Positions 33,561-45,123 are shown, numbered from the stretch's first letter. The stretch: DNA of 64,000 nt from Trypanosoma brucei (GCA_000002445.1 CH464491.1:1632001-1696000), one strand, 5' to 3'. Notes: generated from the sequence alone by a model not told the origin. Numbers and translations: made by a program.

Positions 33561-35170
33561 GGTGGTAGAGTGGTGGACAACAACTAAAGCACTGGTGCAA
33601 TAGAAGACGGCCGAAGCAAGTCTCGAACGATCATCTCGCCGGTAGCCCACGGCACTGCGCAGAATGGCACTAACAAGCCGCCCCCTGCGCGCAACAACAA
33701 GCACGGAAAGGTGTCTTCACGCACTGTGGTGTCCAGCAACTTACGTATGGAGTGACACAAAGGGCATGGTGCCAAAGTTTGGACGGAGTGCATCTAACAA
33801 GTCAAAATGACGGGTGATAACGGCTTTGGTTTATCTTCCTTGGGGTTAGTGTCATCGCCTTCGTTCTCGTTTCGTCGGCAACCGCTCACAGGGCAAGGCA
33901 AATAAGACTGTAGATGCTGTAACTATCTAATACGCACATCGGTGTAAAACCTGAATTCTGCGTAGGAACCTCGCATGTGAGGGTGTTTAGGTTATCGATC
34001 ACAAAGAACCGTTACGTCGTTCCATGTTTTTCACACATCACAACGAGTGGGCAGCAGAAAGGGTTGCATTTTCACTGATGAATATGAGTTATGTCGACAA
34101 CAGTAATGATATCGCAGCGACTCTGCGTGAAGAGTTCATCCTCATCAACATATTTCTTCTATCAATGTATGAATTCAATGCAATACAAGCACAATTAAGT
34201 CGACGAGTTAACGCCGCGGCATCCGTGGAGGTCGAAAAGGTGCTTCACAGGTCTTGCACAGCACCAAAGAGCGGAGACTTGTTATCGTCAGGACGCAAAA
34301 CAGTCAGCACACCGCAGCGTACACCGCCGGCAAGCGTGACTCCAGGGGAGCGCATGGATGGAGCTTTAAAATCTCCGGATGATAACATCTTAAGTGTGAT
34401 GCAAAAACTAAACAGTCGACGCCAACGAAATTCACGAGTAATGATTAGACGGAAAGGCCTTATGCACCCTCTGCATTCAATCTACCCACGTCAAACTTCC
34501 ATAACTCACAAGTCGTTTGTATCTTCTACAATTCAATAACGGCATGATCCAGCATAAACCGTCAAATCCCTGTCAAAGCAGGTCGCAACTCGCCTTGCAC
34601 AATCTTCACTCAGCTGGGGTAACAAACAAAAACTGACAAAGGGGGAAAGAAACACGTCAACAGAAGCGTTATTAAGGGCACCCCAACATGAAAAAGGGAG
34701 CGAATCCGCCACCCTCAAAGCCCCCTTTCCCACCTCATATGAACGGAGAACGAAAAAAAAATTGAATAAAAAAATGAGGGGAGTTCAGTACAACAACAAA
34801 AGTAAATAAATGGCAAAAGATGACAGCATCCTTACGGTGTCTTCCCGTCCCCGTTTTGCTTCCTACGTTTATTACGTATACGTTATTTTAGTCATACCCT
34901 TTCCCATTTTGCGCAGTAACTTATGCTTCCCTACCCGTCCACTAGCACAGTCCCTTCTCTACGTTATTTTTCACACAGCTAACACACCGCCGATGCGCCT
35001 GAAGAGGCACAAAAGAGTGCGCATAGACTAGGGTCGAAGGATTAAAAATTTCCGTCCTCTGTGGACACAATAAACATCTCGGAAGATGCTCCAAAAGAAA
35101 TAAACAAATACAAAAAAATTAAGAAAAAAAAACAAGTGGTACTGTCTACTACGAACTCCTTGGTTCAACT

Positions 35171-35494
35171 TCAAACGGTTGCCTGCTCCTTCTTTGCACC
35201 ATCATCAGCAGCCGTTTCGTTAGCGCCGGGATTTTCATTGTTCTCAGGTCCGTCAGCGCGCGTCATTTCTTCCGTTTCCTCATCAGATGCACCAGGGATG
35301 TGAAGCTCATCAGGACGGCGGTGTGCAACATACAATGCAATGCCAATGCCTACCACTGTAATACCGAGGCAAACCCATACGAGTGGGAATTCCTTTTCAG
35401 TGGCACCACCCGGAGCGGGATCTGGGGCGGCGGCACGCACCACCTCCATAACGAAGGCGATGGCAAAGACAAGTGCGACGGATTTCGAGAACAT
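35171..35494 (-). CDS. Small single-pass membrane protein (108 aa), copy 1 of tandem pair
   Basis: First ATG at 35494 (MFSKSVALVFAIAFVMEVVRAAAP...): hydrophobic N-terminal signal, TM segment FPLVWVCLGITVVGIGIALYVA, stop-transfer HRR, acidic cytoplasmic tail (DEETEEMTRADGPENNENPGANETAADDGAKKEQATV). The longer track ORF begins in repeat-junction sequence and is probably not the real start. Confidence 0.45.
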   Translation of the reverse strand: MFSKSVALVFAIAFVMEVVRAAAPDPAPGGATEKEFPLVWVCLGITVVGIGIALYVAHRRPDELHIPGASDEETEEMTRADGPENNENPGANETAADDGAKKEQATV

Positions 35495-36099
35495 AACGAA
35501 CTTTAAAATAGCTTGAGAGAAAAACTGCGCTAGAAGTATCCTGTCACAATAGAAGAATAGTGAAAATGAAAGAGAAAGAATCACGTCAACAGAAGCGTTA
35601 TTAAGGGCACCCCAACATGAAAAAGGGAGCGAATCCGCCACCCTCAAAGCCCCCTTTCCCACCTCATATGAACGGAGAACGAAAAAAAAATTGAATAAAA
35701 AAATGAGGGGAGTTCAGTACAACAACAAAAGTAAATAAATGGCAAAAGATGACAGCATCCTTACGGTGTCTTCCCGTCCCCGTTTTGCTTCCTGCGTTTA
35801 TTACGTATACGTTATTTTAGTCATACCCTTTCCCATTTTGCGCAGTAACTTATGCTTCCCTACCCGTCCACTAGCACAGTCCCTTCTCTACGTTATTTTT
35901 CACACAGCTAACACACCGCCGATGCGCCTGAAGAGGCACAAAAGAGTGCGCATAGACTAGGGTCGAAGGATTAAAAATTTCCGTCCTCTGTGGACACAAT
36001 AAACATCTCGGAAGATGCTCCAAAAGAAATAAACAAATACAAAAAAATTAAGAAAAAAAAACAAGTGGTACTGTCTACTACGAACTCCTTGGTTCAACT

Positions 36100-36423
36100 T
36101 CAAACGGTTGCCTGCTCCTTCTTTGCACCATCATCAGCAGCCGTTTCGTTGGCGCCGGGATTTTCATTGTTCTCAGGTCCGTCAGCGCGCGTCATTTCTT
36201 CCGTTTCCTCATCAGATGCACCAGGGATGTGAAGCTCATCAGGACGGCGGTGTGCAACATACAATGCAATGCCAATGCCTACCACTGTAATACCGAGGCA
36301 AACCCATACGAGTGGGAATTCCTTTTCAGTGGCACCACCCGGAGCGGGATCTGGGGCGGCGGCACGCACCACCTCCATAACGAAGGCGATGGCAAAGACA
36401 AGTGCGACGGATTTCGAGAACAT
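36100..36423 (-). CDS. Small single-pass membrane protein (108 aa), copy 2 of tandem pair
   Basis: Identical predicted protein to 35171..35494, exactly 929 bp away; one silent nucleotide difference. Confidence 0.45.
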   Translation of the reverse strand: MFSKSVALVFAIAFVMEVVRAAAPDPAPGGATEKEFPLVWVCLGITVVGIGIALYVAHRRPDELHIPGASDEETEEMTRADGPENNENPGANETAADDGAKKEQATV

Positions 36424-37401
36424 AACGAACTTTAAAATAGCTTGAGAGAAAAACTGCGCTAGAAGTATCCTGTCACAATAGAAGAATAGTGAAAATGAAA
36501 GAGTTTTGAAATAGAAACAACGCAACATCGTCCACGGGGTTCATAAATATAAATAAATTATTTTATCCAGTTTGAAAAGGGAAAAGGGGCTGAGGAAAAT
36601 TTCTTTGTTATTGCCCATCCCACATATCTTGCCTGTGGCCCCGGAAAGTGACGATGCACTTTTTCGTCTGGACCATCATTGACTTCCGATATCTTTTGTA
36701 GCTTAATTTCCGTATATTCGATCAACTAGAAAGTAGGGATGTGGAACGGAAATCAGTTACCTAACTGCGACCGCCGCAGTCCTTGAGCAGCGAAACAATC
36801 GGCAGAGGAAACAGGCATCCGTCTACGAAACGAATTTACATTTACAGAAATACGAACACGTAGTGGAAGCACGTGTGCGAAGGAAGGACAAAATGAAGCA
36901 TCAGACCCATATAAGCCCAATTACCACATTACGTTCCTTCCTTCTAACCCCCACACACAAAAGAAAAAAAAATCGTTCAGCTCACCTATCCTGCCTCACG
37001 GTGTGAGGACATGAAAGTAAGCGGAGACAACAAAGAAATAAACTCAAATGAAGTGATGAATTGGAAAAGTAGGTACTGAACGAAACATTATCCTCGGTCG
37101 AAATATAGGGAATCCCTGGTGATTTTACCCACACGCAAAAAAAAAACAAAACAAAACAAAAGAACACCGTCGGTGTATTCATATATGATGTCGTGATGAG
37201 TGTAATACTCACCGAAGGCACGATAGAACGGCCAACAAAAATGAAAATAACAGTGTCAAGAAAAATATATGTTTAAATATATATATATATCAGTAAAAAT
37301 GAGCTACGCTGTGAAGACCATGGCACAACATGGTGCCATAAAGTCGGGTACATGCAACGCACACTTGTAACCCAATTGAAGAACACGATATTCTCAAACT
37401 C

Positions 37402-39546
37402 CTACTGATAAGATACTTGAACCATTAAAAAAGAGCCATGTATAATAGATCCTTTGAGGTCTCGAAGGGGGACCTGGCGAATTCCTTTTTTTAGGGCACG
37501 TAATGGCACAACATATTCACCCAGAAGGTTATTGCTTTTGGTATCCTCGTCATACACCTGCATGACAAGGGTGGACAGTTCCCACTCGTACACCTTCCAG
37601 CAGAACTCGTTGTTTAGGCGCTCACCCCGCCAGACAGGATGAAAGCCATTATTGTGAATGGGAGATGTGTTTCGTTGGCTTTTCTCCATGCCGGGGCCCT
37701 CAATCAAGGCGGCTACGCGAGAATCCACAATACTGCTACCGGATGCATTTTTCCGCCTGGGAAGACAGAAAGCTGATATAATTTCTATTGTGAGCAACCG
37801 TGACTGCCGTTTTGGCCCCCTTGCACGTGCAATGTCCACAGCAGTCGGTTTGAGAAGGTAGCCGCAGTTACCATTGTCGCTGAAGAACCCCCTATTTAGC
37901 CTAAGCTGGTATGACTTGTAATTCTGCCAATTGAGTGCAACTAGTTGGCACCCACAATTCCAAAACGTTTGAGGATGAAAGTTACTGCTACCGATGCGAG
38001 TTCCTGTGGGGTATATGCGACTCAAACACCGATTATTGATGGCAACAAACTCCTCCTGGTTAGAAGAGGCAATTTTCCCCGCTTTCCCTTCAGTAAAAGA
38101 GCTGCAGTGATATGGTTGACGCATTTCAAGATAACTTAGATCCTCAACACCCTTATAACCAATGGATTCGATTGAAATAAGACGAGATAGTTTCTCTGAA
38201 ACCTTTGAAACCTTCTTTTTCTTTTCAGCACCCCTTGAATTCGTTTTTCCACCACCGCGACAACGCCGAGCAGTTTCAGGTGGTACGAAATTTTCCACCA
38301 CACCATCGGCTTCCTCATCCTCATCGTCGTCATCATCAACCTGTACCCCATCGGTAGGTGTAGTAGCCCGTTTGCTCTTTAGCAGAATTTTTCCCTTTAG
38401 CGCTTCCGGCGAGAATGTGAAAGAAGTCTGTTCACCAGCACCCCAAGGACTGCAGAATAGCATATCTCCGAGCGTTTCACACAAAATTTCCGCCATTCGA
38501 TCCTGTTGGCGGAGGCTAGTGTGAACCTCAAGCGACAAAATGACAGGGTATATTGAATTAACGAAAGCATACTTCTTGATCGTGCTAATACAGTCCCGGA
38601 ACCAAAGCTTGGAAGTCCTTGTGTAACCATGATAAACTACAGGCTGACCCTTGCGACCATCCCAACAATCAAGTTCAACGCAGCGGCAGCCATCCAGTAG
38701 AACCCTCTTGTACATATCCGTGGAAGATTTGCTCAAGAGTTGATCACCCGTAAGGTAGGTATTGTGCGAGGAATTGATGAAATACTCACATATCGGGCGA
38801 GTCATATCGTGGTAAACACTAGACACCTTTCTGTTGTTCACAATGGAGTTAAAGCGCCTGTCGCTGAGAAATGATAAGAATGCGTCCAAATGTACAGGAT
38901 GCTCTTCGGTACAGCCAACAGCGTCTAGAAATACGTGCAGCTCCTCACCATCGGCACCCTCTCCTTGAGTTTCCTTCAGGAAGGTAACAAACTCAGCCTT
39001 TGTCATCACGTCCCGATCGGGACCCACAATATTTCGCATTGCATATGTCAGTTCATTAAGTCTTGTCAGAGACATAAATGTCCCCTGCATCAACTTGTAG
39101 TTTGCCCTCCCCCCTGTAGCTTCCAGCTCGTCAATCATCTTTTGTGAGAGCCTTTCAGGGAAGCTCAAACCCTTCAAGATTTTCCTCAATTCACGAACGC
39201 ATATGTCCCCGCTGTTGTCGTCGTCGTACTTTATCCATATCATCATGAACTTCGCGTGATTCACATCCCATTTTATGAGATTCAGCGGATTTGCAGCACA
39301 AAAGGAAGTAAACAACTCTGCCGCCCGTGGGTTTGCACTACTTGCGCATGCAAGGAACTCGACGGCATCCTCCCGGCTGCACTTCAAAAGGTCCGTGATG
39401 GCTCCCAGCAGAGAAGAAAAGAAGGGCTGAAGCTCGTGTGCCTCAACTGCCCCTGTCGAAAGATGCTCATCAACGAGGTTGCCGGTACGGTGGGAGTAAC
39501 ATGCGAGTTTCTCTTCTGAGAGCCCACGTGACGTACACCCTCCCAT
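37402..39546 (-). CDS. PLC: Phosphoinositide-specific phospholipase C (PI-PLC)
   Basis: 714-aa ATG-start ORF. X-box motifs [12 protein letters not shown] and VELDCWDG; Y-box SLEVHTS and [12 protein letters not shown]; acidic X-Y linker ([12 protein letters not shown]); C-terminal C2-like region. N-terminus MGGCTSRG fits the N-myristoylation (G2) plus palmitoylation (C4) consensus. Confidence 0.85.
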   Translation of the reverse strand: MGGCTSRGLSEEKLACYSHRTGNLVDEHLSTGAVEAHELQPFFSSLLGAITDLLKCSREDAVEFLACASSANPRAAELFTSFCAANPLNLIKWDVNHAKFMMIWIKYDDDNSGDICVRELRKILKGLSFPERLSQKMIDELEATGGRANYKLMQGTFMSLTRLNELTYAMRNIVGPDRDVMTKAEFVTFLKETQGEGADGEELHVFLDAVGCTEEHPVHLDAFLSFLSDRRFNSIVNNRKVSSVYHDMTRPICEYFINSSHNTYLTGDQLLSKSSTDMYKRVLLDGCRCVELDCWDGRKGQPVVYHGYTRTSKLWFRDCISTIKKYAFVNSIYPVILSLEVHTSLRQQDRMAEILCETLGDMLFCSPWGAGEQTSFTFSPEALKGKILLKSKRATTPTDGVQVDDDDDEDEEADGVVENFVPPETARRCRGGGKTNSRGAEKKKKVSKVSEKLSRLISIESIGYKGVEDLSYLEMRQPYHCSSFTEGKAGKIASSNQEEFVAINNRCLSRIYPTGTRIGSSNFHPQTFWNCGCQLVALNWQNYKSYQLRLNRGFFSDNGNCGYLLKPTAVDIARARGPKRQSRLLTIEIISAFCLPRRKNASGSSIVDSRVAALIEGPGMEKSQRNTSPIHNNGFHPVWRGERLNNEFCWKVYEWELSTLVMQVYDEDTKSNNLLGEYVVPLRALKKGIRQVPLRDLKGSIIHGSFLMVQVSYQ

Positions 39547-39954
39547 TCCGTTCGAATATGAACTAAACCCCGCTTACAGAAAGGGGCGTCTCAATCGCCT
39601 CAATTTCGTTTCGTTCAGTCTTTTTGGTCAGTGCAGGTTTCTTTCTTTTTTCGTTTGGCGTCCCCTCCTCTGCTTAGTGTGTGCCACCCTTGATATTACC
39701 CCCAGTATGTCTTGCCTACCACATTGGACGAGGGGGAAAAAGAGAGAGGAGCATGTTGGTGTAGTTATCGTTTGGAAACTCAAAACACCTCCACACGAGG
39801 AGAGCACAAGAACATTTGGAAACACTAATACTGTGCACATGCCCGCAAATATCTATGTCTCTATGCCTACATCGCCCATTACCTTACTGAGTGCGTTGGG
39901 CGCCCAGCACAGGCGAAAGAGTAAACTCCATATTACATGTATGTATGGAACCGG

Positions 39955-41109
39955 TTAGATGCGAGTTGTTCCGTTGGGTGTGGGTGCTCTTCTCAGCAGC
40001 ATTTCACTCTCCGTTGCCTGACGAAGGGCCCGACTCATCTCTTCCAACTCTGCGCGCTGCTGCAAATGGACCTTGAGTTTCTTCGCCTCCCTTTCCCAGT
40101 GATTATGCTCATCTTCCGCGGCAATATACCGTTCACGCCCTTCAGCTATCGCTTGACGCAAACGTTCCTCCTCTTCCGCACTGTTCGATGCCGATAAGCT
40201 ACTGTAGCGTCGTTTTTCTTCCCTGTACTTCATTTTGATCTCCTCCGCCTGCTCAGCCCAATAGCTTAATAGTGCCCGGACTTTGGCGTCCCTAATGACT
40301 ATCCGGCGGACCAGCCGTTGTCTCTCCTGACAAATATTATAACGCGCCTCTTGGATCTGTTTGCTGAGTGCTGACAACTCCACACCCGTATCACGCACCT
40401 CTCTATGGCACTGTCGAAGCCGCTCGTACAGCAGTTCTCGGTACAGTGAATTTTCGTTAACATAGGCTTCCTTCCCCGAAAAGAGTTCCGCTACACATGA
40501 AGGGAATTTGGTCGGTGCGGGGCACTCCCGACTCTTAATCTCAACTAGTAAGGAAGAAAGCTCATTCACAAGGTTCACCATCGTAGTTTTATCTGCGCTA
40601 TTTAAGCAATGGACCTCCTGTTCGCCTCCCTGGTAGTCCGACGTTTGCTCCTTCGGAACAAAGTGTGTAGCACCATGATAACGAATCGAATCCCGTTCCA
40701 TGTCGTTAACACATTCTAGCAGCCGCCTGCAAGAAGCATCTCGCTGTATCAGCTGAAATTGAATACCCTCCAGGAGTTGAACAATGTTTAGCTCGTCACT
40801 ACCATTTTCATCTTGGGGAAGTGCATCTCTCCCACTTAGAGGCGGAGGAACATACGGCGGCCGCTCAAACTTAACGCCTCGTGCCGATTGGAGAACAAAG
40901 AAATCACGGAGTAATTCCTCAGAGGGGCAACCAACATCGACTTCTTCCATTAGCGACGAGGGCAACAGTCCTCTAACTCCTTCTAAGGTCTTCCCGGTCC
41001 ACCACCCGCTCGGGTGCTTTTCCATAACAAAAATGAGGTCGCCCTCGCGAAATCGCAAATAATGACGACCGGGACCCTCGTAGTCATCAAGTGCGCATGC
41101 AATAGACAT
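39955..41109 (-). CDS. SH3-domain protein with C-terminal coiled-coil
   Basis: Track start 41130 is TTG; first ATG is at 41109 (MSIACALDDYEG...). N-terminal ALDDYEGPGRHYLRFREGDLIFVMEKHPSGWWTGKTLEGVRGLLPSSLMEEV is a canonical SH3 (ALYDY...GD.I......WW.G...G..G.FPSNYV). The C-terminal third is heptad-rich, with Glu/Arg/Leu. Confidence 0.6.
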   Translation of the reverse strand: MSIACALDDYEGPGRHYLRFREGDLIFVMEKHPSGWWTGKTLEGVRGLLPSSLMEEVDVGCPSEELLRDFFVLQSARGVKFERPPYVPPPLSGRDALPQDENGSDELNIVQLLEGIQFQLIQRDASCRRLLECVNDMERDSIRYHGATHFVPKEQTSDYQGGEQEVHCLNSADKTTMVNLVNELSSLLVEIKSRECPAPTKFPSCVAELFSGKEAYVNENSLYRELLYERLRQCHREVRDTGVELSALSKQIQEARYNICQERQRLVRRIVIRDAKVRALLSYWAEQAEEIKMKYREEKRRYSSLSASNSAEEEERLRQAIAEGRERYIAAEDEHNHWEREAKKLKVHLQQRAELEEMSRALRQATESEMLLRRAPTPNGTTRI

Positions 41110-41681
41110 TTGCACTCTGTTGGACCCCAACCCGACCCAGGTCTATTGTCCTTTGCACGTCCAAAGCATCGATAAGGTGACAATGGAAAGAAAAAAAAAG
41201 GGAGAAAACTTACGCGAAGCCGTATAAGGTAATGAGCGATGGCAAAAAAAAAACAAATTAATCACGACGCAACAGATTCCCCACACATCGACCCAAAGCA
41301 TGCCCGCATGCCTCACCAAACAAAAAATGAATAACACACAGAGAAGCAACCTCCCTCCTTTTTTACACGAATAATTATGTCATGACTTCAAGCTGTACAC
41401 GCGCGCGCCCGTAATGAAACAACATCGTATAACCTATAAGCATCTGCATAAAGAACTGACTTTTGGAAAAAAAAAGCACAGTTAATAGCCGTTTGCACGC
41501 ACACACACATAAGTGAATTGTATGATAGTGGATGGCACGCGCATGCTGCAACAAAACGGACGTCGCCTGCATACATTAACTGGTAAAAAGAGAAATACTC
41601 ACGGCGCTACAAAGTTACTAACAAGAGGAACAAAACAAGCACAGTCGTAGTCCCTTGATGATGGCACCCCGCACATTGACC

Positions 41682-43532
41682 CTACAATAAGCCATAGAGG
41701 TCGTGAAAAGATGCATGACGGAGGTCAAATACTTCCCTCAACATAACGAAGGGAGATGAGTCCTCGGGGAGGTAGCAAGAAAGTACAACGGAGTTTGGCC
41801 CCCGGTGCGTCTTCAATATTTCTTCCATTTTTTCCGTAAAGCGTTCCGACACGTTATACACGCAGGGCTCGCGAACTCTCGTCGAATAGTCTATATCCCC
41901 GATTTGTACGAGTTTCCGCTCTTGCATAACCGCAAGGTCAGACTTAATCGATGTCAGAGAGTTTGGGTCTCGAATTACAGACACTTGCATATTGACAGGT
42001 TTTGTTATCAAATGCCGGTAGAACTGTAGTGGGTTTGACAGAGGGGATGGCATCTGTTCATCGAACAGAAATGACATCCCGTGCTTCGTCGCAAACTCCA
42101 CATAAAGTTTTTTATCCAGAGGCGATAAATGGGGAAAAAGGCAATTATTGGCAGCTACTGAACCGTACGGAACTGGGAGAACAACATCAGTTATCTTAAA
42201 GGTTCCCTTCTCCTCATCGTCTTTGGTCACTAAATGATAGTTGCCACAGTTGTTAGGCAATGAAGAGGAGTCACAACCTGAGACGCTATCAGCGGGACCC
42301 ATACGGACTACATCCCCTTCAACGACATTTAAACCCTTGGACAACAGTCGCTGTGAGGCCATGGCGTTCCATACAAATTCGGCAGCGCTACGTCGCAGTG
42401 CCTCACGCATCGGAAGGGCGCTCCATAGCTCAGCGAGGTACGATGACTTCCCACATTCGGCGTCTGCGTGATATTTATGAAGGCCCCTCAATAACTGTAC
42501 AATCCAGTTGGGTGAGCGCATGTGCTTAGCAGTGGTGGCCCATGTCTGTGCAATGCCAGGGACCGTACTGGGATCGGCGTTGAGATACTTCAGAAAGTGA
42601 TCATAGTGCACACCGTTGCTTTCCGCGACGCAATGGAGCAGGGCCCCTATAGACTTCAGGTAGTCTCCCCTCGCAGCCAACACGGCCATGTCAAAGAACC
42701 GGTTTGTTCCAACACTAAACCTGTCTAACCAAAAATAATTAATAAATCCCCTTTCTGCCGTCTTCTTCAGCAAGGCCTTTATGGTGTCCTGGCTTCCTTC
42801 CACGCACCTCAAGAGAACACGGTGGTGGTGACCACGCGCCCCCTGTAACAAGGAATGCAGCTTATCAGTTGAAAAGTACTCCCGCGGTTCAAAAATCAGG
42901 GGATGCAGATTGTAATGTCGCGATGCATGTGACAAAATCTCCTTTGTTACTCCTAGGCAGACGCCGTGCTGGGTGATACAACCAAATGAACCTCCGGGTT
43001 GGTCCCGTAAGAAAACGCAGTCGGGTTGAAGCGAAAGCACATACCCGAGGCGGTTTTCCACACTATTTAGCGAATAAGAGTCACGATACAAGACGAAGCG
43101 CAGAACTGGAAGATCCCGCGGAAGTTTTCCCGTTAGTCGCACATATTCGCCATAGCTCTGTACACGTGGGGAAAAAGACTTGGACGGGTCGCTAAATGGT
43201 GTCCTGGCATCGTCTTCAATGAGAAGGGTCTTCTGCCTGGATATTTTGCGCCACTTCCCTTTTACAACTTTTGACAGCGCAGCCACGTCCCCGACGGCAT
43301 CAACTTCATTTACCTGAAGGTCGCTTGGTTGTGCTTTTACCACAGCTACAGGAAGTTGGTCATTTTTCGCCAGCGGCTGACAAATGTCTCTAATTCGCAA
43401 CAGAAGACCTGAATGTTTCTCTTCATCGCTAAGATCGCGGCCACAACGCCATTCGCTTGGAGACGAAACGAGCCCTGACGTTGGTCTACTGAGCGCCCAC
43501 CGCACGATAGGGCCCCTTGAACTTACCTTCAT
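41682..43532 (-). CDS. TruD/Pus7-family pseudouridine synthase-like protein (divergent)
   Basis: Track start 43571 is TTG; first ATG is at 43532. GFINYFWLDRFSVG resembles the TruD/Pus7 signature GFPNYFG-QRFG, with G->W, Q->D and G->S substitutions. The N-terminal FLRDQPGGSFGCITQ aligns only loosely to the catalytic G-KD---AVT-Q motif and carries an insertion. Confidence 0.4.
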   Translation of the reverse strand: MKVSSRGPIVRWALSRPTSGLVSSPSEWRCGRDLSDEEKHSGLLLRIRDICQPLAKNDQLPVAVVKAQPSDLQVNEVDAVGDVAALSKVVKGKWRKISRQKTLLIEDDARTPFSDPSKSFSPRVQSYGEYVRLTGKLPRDLPVLRFVLYRDSYSLNSVENRLGYVLSLQPDCVFLRDQPGGSFGCITQHGVCLGVTKEILSHASRHYNLHPLIFEPREYFSTDKLHSLLQGARGHHHRVLLRCVEGSQDTIKALLKKTAERGFINYFWLDRFSVGTNRFFDMAVLAARGDYLKSIGALLHCVAESNGVHYDHFLKYLNADPSTVPGIAQTWATTAKHMRSPNWIVQLLRGLHKYHADAECGKSSYLAELWSALPMREALRRSAAEFVWNAMASQRLLSKGLNVVEGDVVRMGPADSVSGCDSSSLPNNCGNYHLVTKDDEEKGTFKITDVVLPVPYGSVAANNCLFPHLSPLDKKLYVEFATKHGMSFLFDEQMPSPLSNPLQFYRHLITKPVNMQVSVIRDPNSLTSIKSDLAVMQERKLVQIGDIDYSTRVREPCVYNVSERFTEKMEEILKTHRGPNSVVLSCYLPEDSSPFVMLREVFDLRHASFHDLYGLL

Positions 43533-43743
43533 GAACCTCTGTCGCACATTTTTCAAATTAATTCGCGACAAAACCGGAAGAAGAGCAACACGGGAGGACG
43601 AACTGGTAGGTCACGGACACAAAGGCTCAGAACAAAATGTGCACGCAGTAAGCGGCAGGTGTTCGAGAAGGGGGGAAATGGAGAGAATTATAGGACGATC
43701 ACGAAACATGTGAGAATTTTTTAAAAAAAAAGTCACTCATAAA

Positions 43744-45123
43744 CTAACTGAGCATTGACCACGATACTTTCTTGCCATCGACAAATTTTTGCACCGTTCC
43801 GTCCGCCCCGTCGACAGCATATGAGGCGTCCATATTATCCTTCCATGGATTGTACGGATTATCAATAAAGGACTTGTACATGTCGCTTTCAGCTTCCTCC
43901 GTACGAGCGGCCGCCTCCATTTGGATTGTTTTTAGTGAAGGCACGCAATCACCAAGAGCTTCGGAATCAAGATAACCATATTCGGGCAACTGATTGCGAA
44001 TGTGTGGCGGTAGTATCTGCAACTTGTGCTCGTAGAGCTCGTCCTCTAACTGCATTAGCGCCCCTTCAGTAATGACCAGCCTGTCGTGTTTCATTGCATC
44101 GTAGGCATTGAATCGATTAATAGGAATAGGATTCTTCGCTCCCTTGGGGCCTTTCATTCGCTGCTTGGCCGCCGTTTTGTTGTAATCATACTGCTCATCA
44201 CATAGAACGGTGGGGCGAACAATCTTGTTCCTCCCGTTAAAGAAGCTTCCAAAGAAAAAGGCTCTGTCAAACTCACTACTGGGTGTAATGCGGGAACCCC
44301 CGTCCATGAAAAGTACCCCACCACCCGTATGTCGCACGTCCCATGACATATTACGGCACAGTTCCAAGTAACACTCTTGCGTAGGCTCCTCCAACGTGAG
44401 ACGGTCCACGACCTGTAATCTCCCTTGCAACATCTTTAGCGTGAGCATCATACGATTGCTTTTGCTCCATGTTTTGACATCCATCGTGGGCATCAGCATG
44501 TTCCATGGCTTTGAGGGTTTGGTACGACCACCCCATGTGTACAAGTGATTTTTTCGGTTACCCACGCGGGGCATTCCCATACCTGTGTTGGGCCAGTTCT
44601 TTTTGGCCTTTCGCCATATCTCCCGTGTTTCATAGTCCCACTTGCTCGCAAAATTCTGACAGCGAACCATCCAATACGTGAGATTTTTACTCAGCTCCTC
44701 TACCTCAGGATACATACCAAAAATAAAAGGATCTAACTCACGCGTGTATATGACTTCATTCTTCAAGTTAAACACCGGTGCTATGATACGCTCCTTCATC
44801 GTGCCGTATGTGTAGACAATTGGCTTCGTTGTACTAAAGTGGGGAAGCTCAGGAAGCGGCGCTGTAAAGTATGGATGAGAGCGCTGAGGGGAAGGAATAT
44901 ACGGCGATATGACAGGCCGAGTGATGGTATTGTGTGGGTGGTGCAAAGGAAGGGGATGCGCCCCGGGCAACACATGTTGTGGTCCTTGGTACAAAAAGTC
45001 TCCCTCATCACGCGGGGCGATATCATGAACACCAGACGTGCGCCAGTCGTATCTGGGGCTAAAAATGCTAGAGTGCCGCTTTCCAAATGTCGCCAAAACT
45101 ACGGAGAAAGAGACGCGGCGCAT
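43744..45123 (-). CDS. Hypothetical protein (459 aa)
   Basis: ATG-start ORF co-oriented in the minus-strand block; no recognisable domain; basic, hydroxylated N-terminus (MRRVSFSVVLATFGKRHSS) may be an organellar presequence. Confidence 0.5.
   Translation of the reverse strand: MRRVSFSVVLATFGKRHSSIFSPRYDWRTSGVHDIAPRDEGDFLYQGPQHVLPGAHPLPLHHPHNTITRPVISPYIPSPQRSHPYFTAPLPELPHFSTTKPIVYTYGTMKERIIAPVFNLKNEVIYTRELDPFIFGMYPEVEELSKNLTYWMVRCQNFASKWDYETREIWRKAKKNWPNTGMGMPRVGNRKNHLYTWGGRTKPSKPWNMLMPTMDVKTWSKSNRMMLTLKMLQGRLQVVDRLTLEEPTQECYLELCRNMSWDVRHTGGGVLFMDGGSRITPSSEFDRAFFFGSFFNGRNKIVRPTVLCDEQYDYNKTAAKQRMKGPKGAKNPIPINRFNAYDAMKHDRLVITEGALMQLEDELYEHKLQILPPHIRNQLPEYGYLDSEALGDCVPSLKTIQMEAAARTEEAESDMYKSFIDNPYNPWKDNMDASYAVDGADGTVQKFVDGKKVSWSMLS

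Larger units (their letters stand above)
34654..36503. repeat. Tandem duplication, 929-bp unit x2 (about 99.8% identical), each unit carrying one small gene
   Basis: Track ORFs 34810..35031 and 35739..35960, 35061..35303 and 35990..36232, and 35171.. and 36100.. are pairwise identical or differ by one residue, always offset by 929 bp. Junctions read at about 34654, 35582 and 36503. Only 2 nucleotide differences were spotted. Confidence 0.85.

Noticed and set aside
36982-37221. 79-aa minus-strand ORF between the duplicated gene and PI-PLC
   Set aside because: Low-complexity hydrophobic sequence overlapping a polypyrimidine/AT-rich intergenic tract; most likely UTR.
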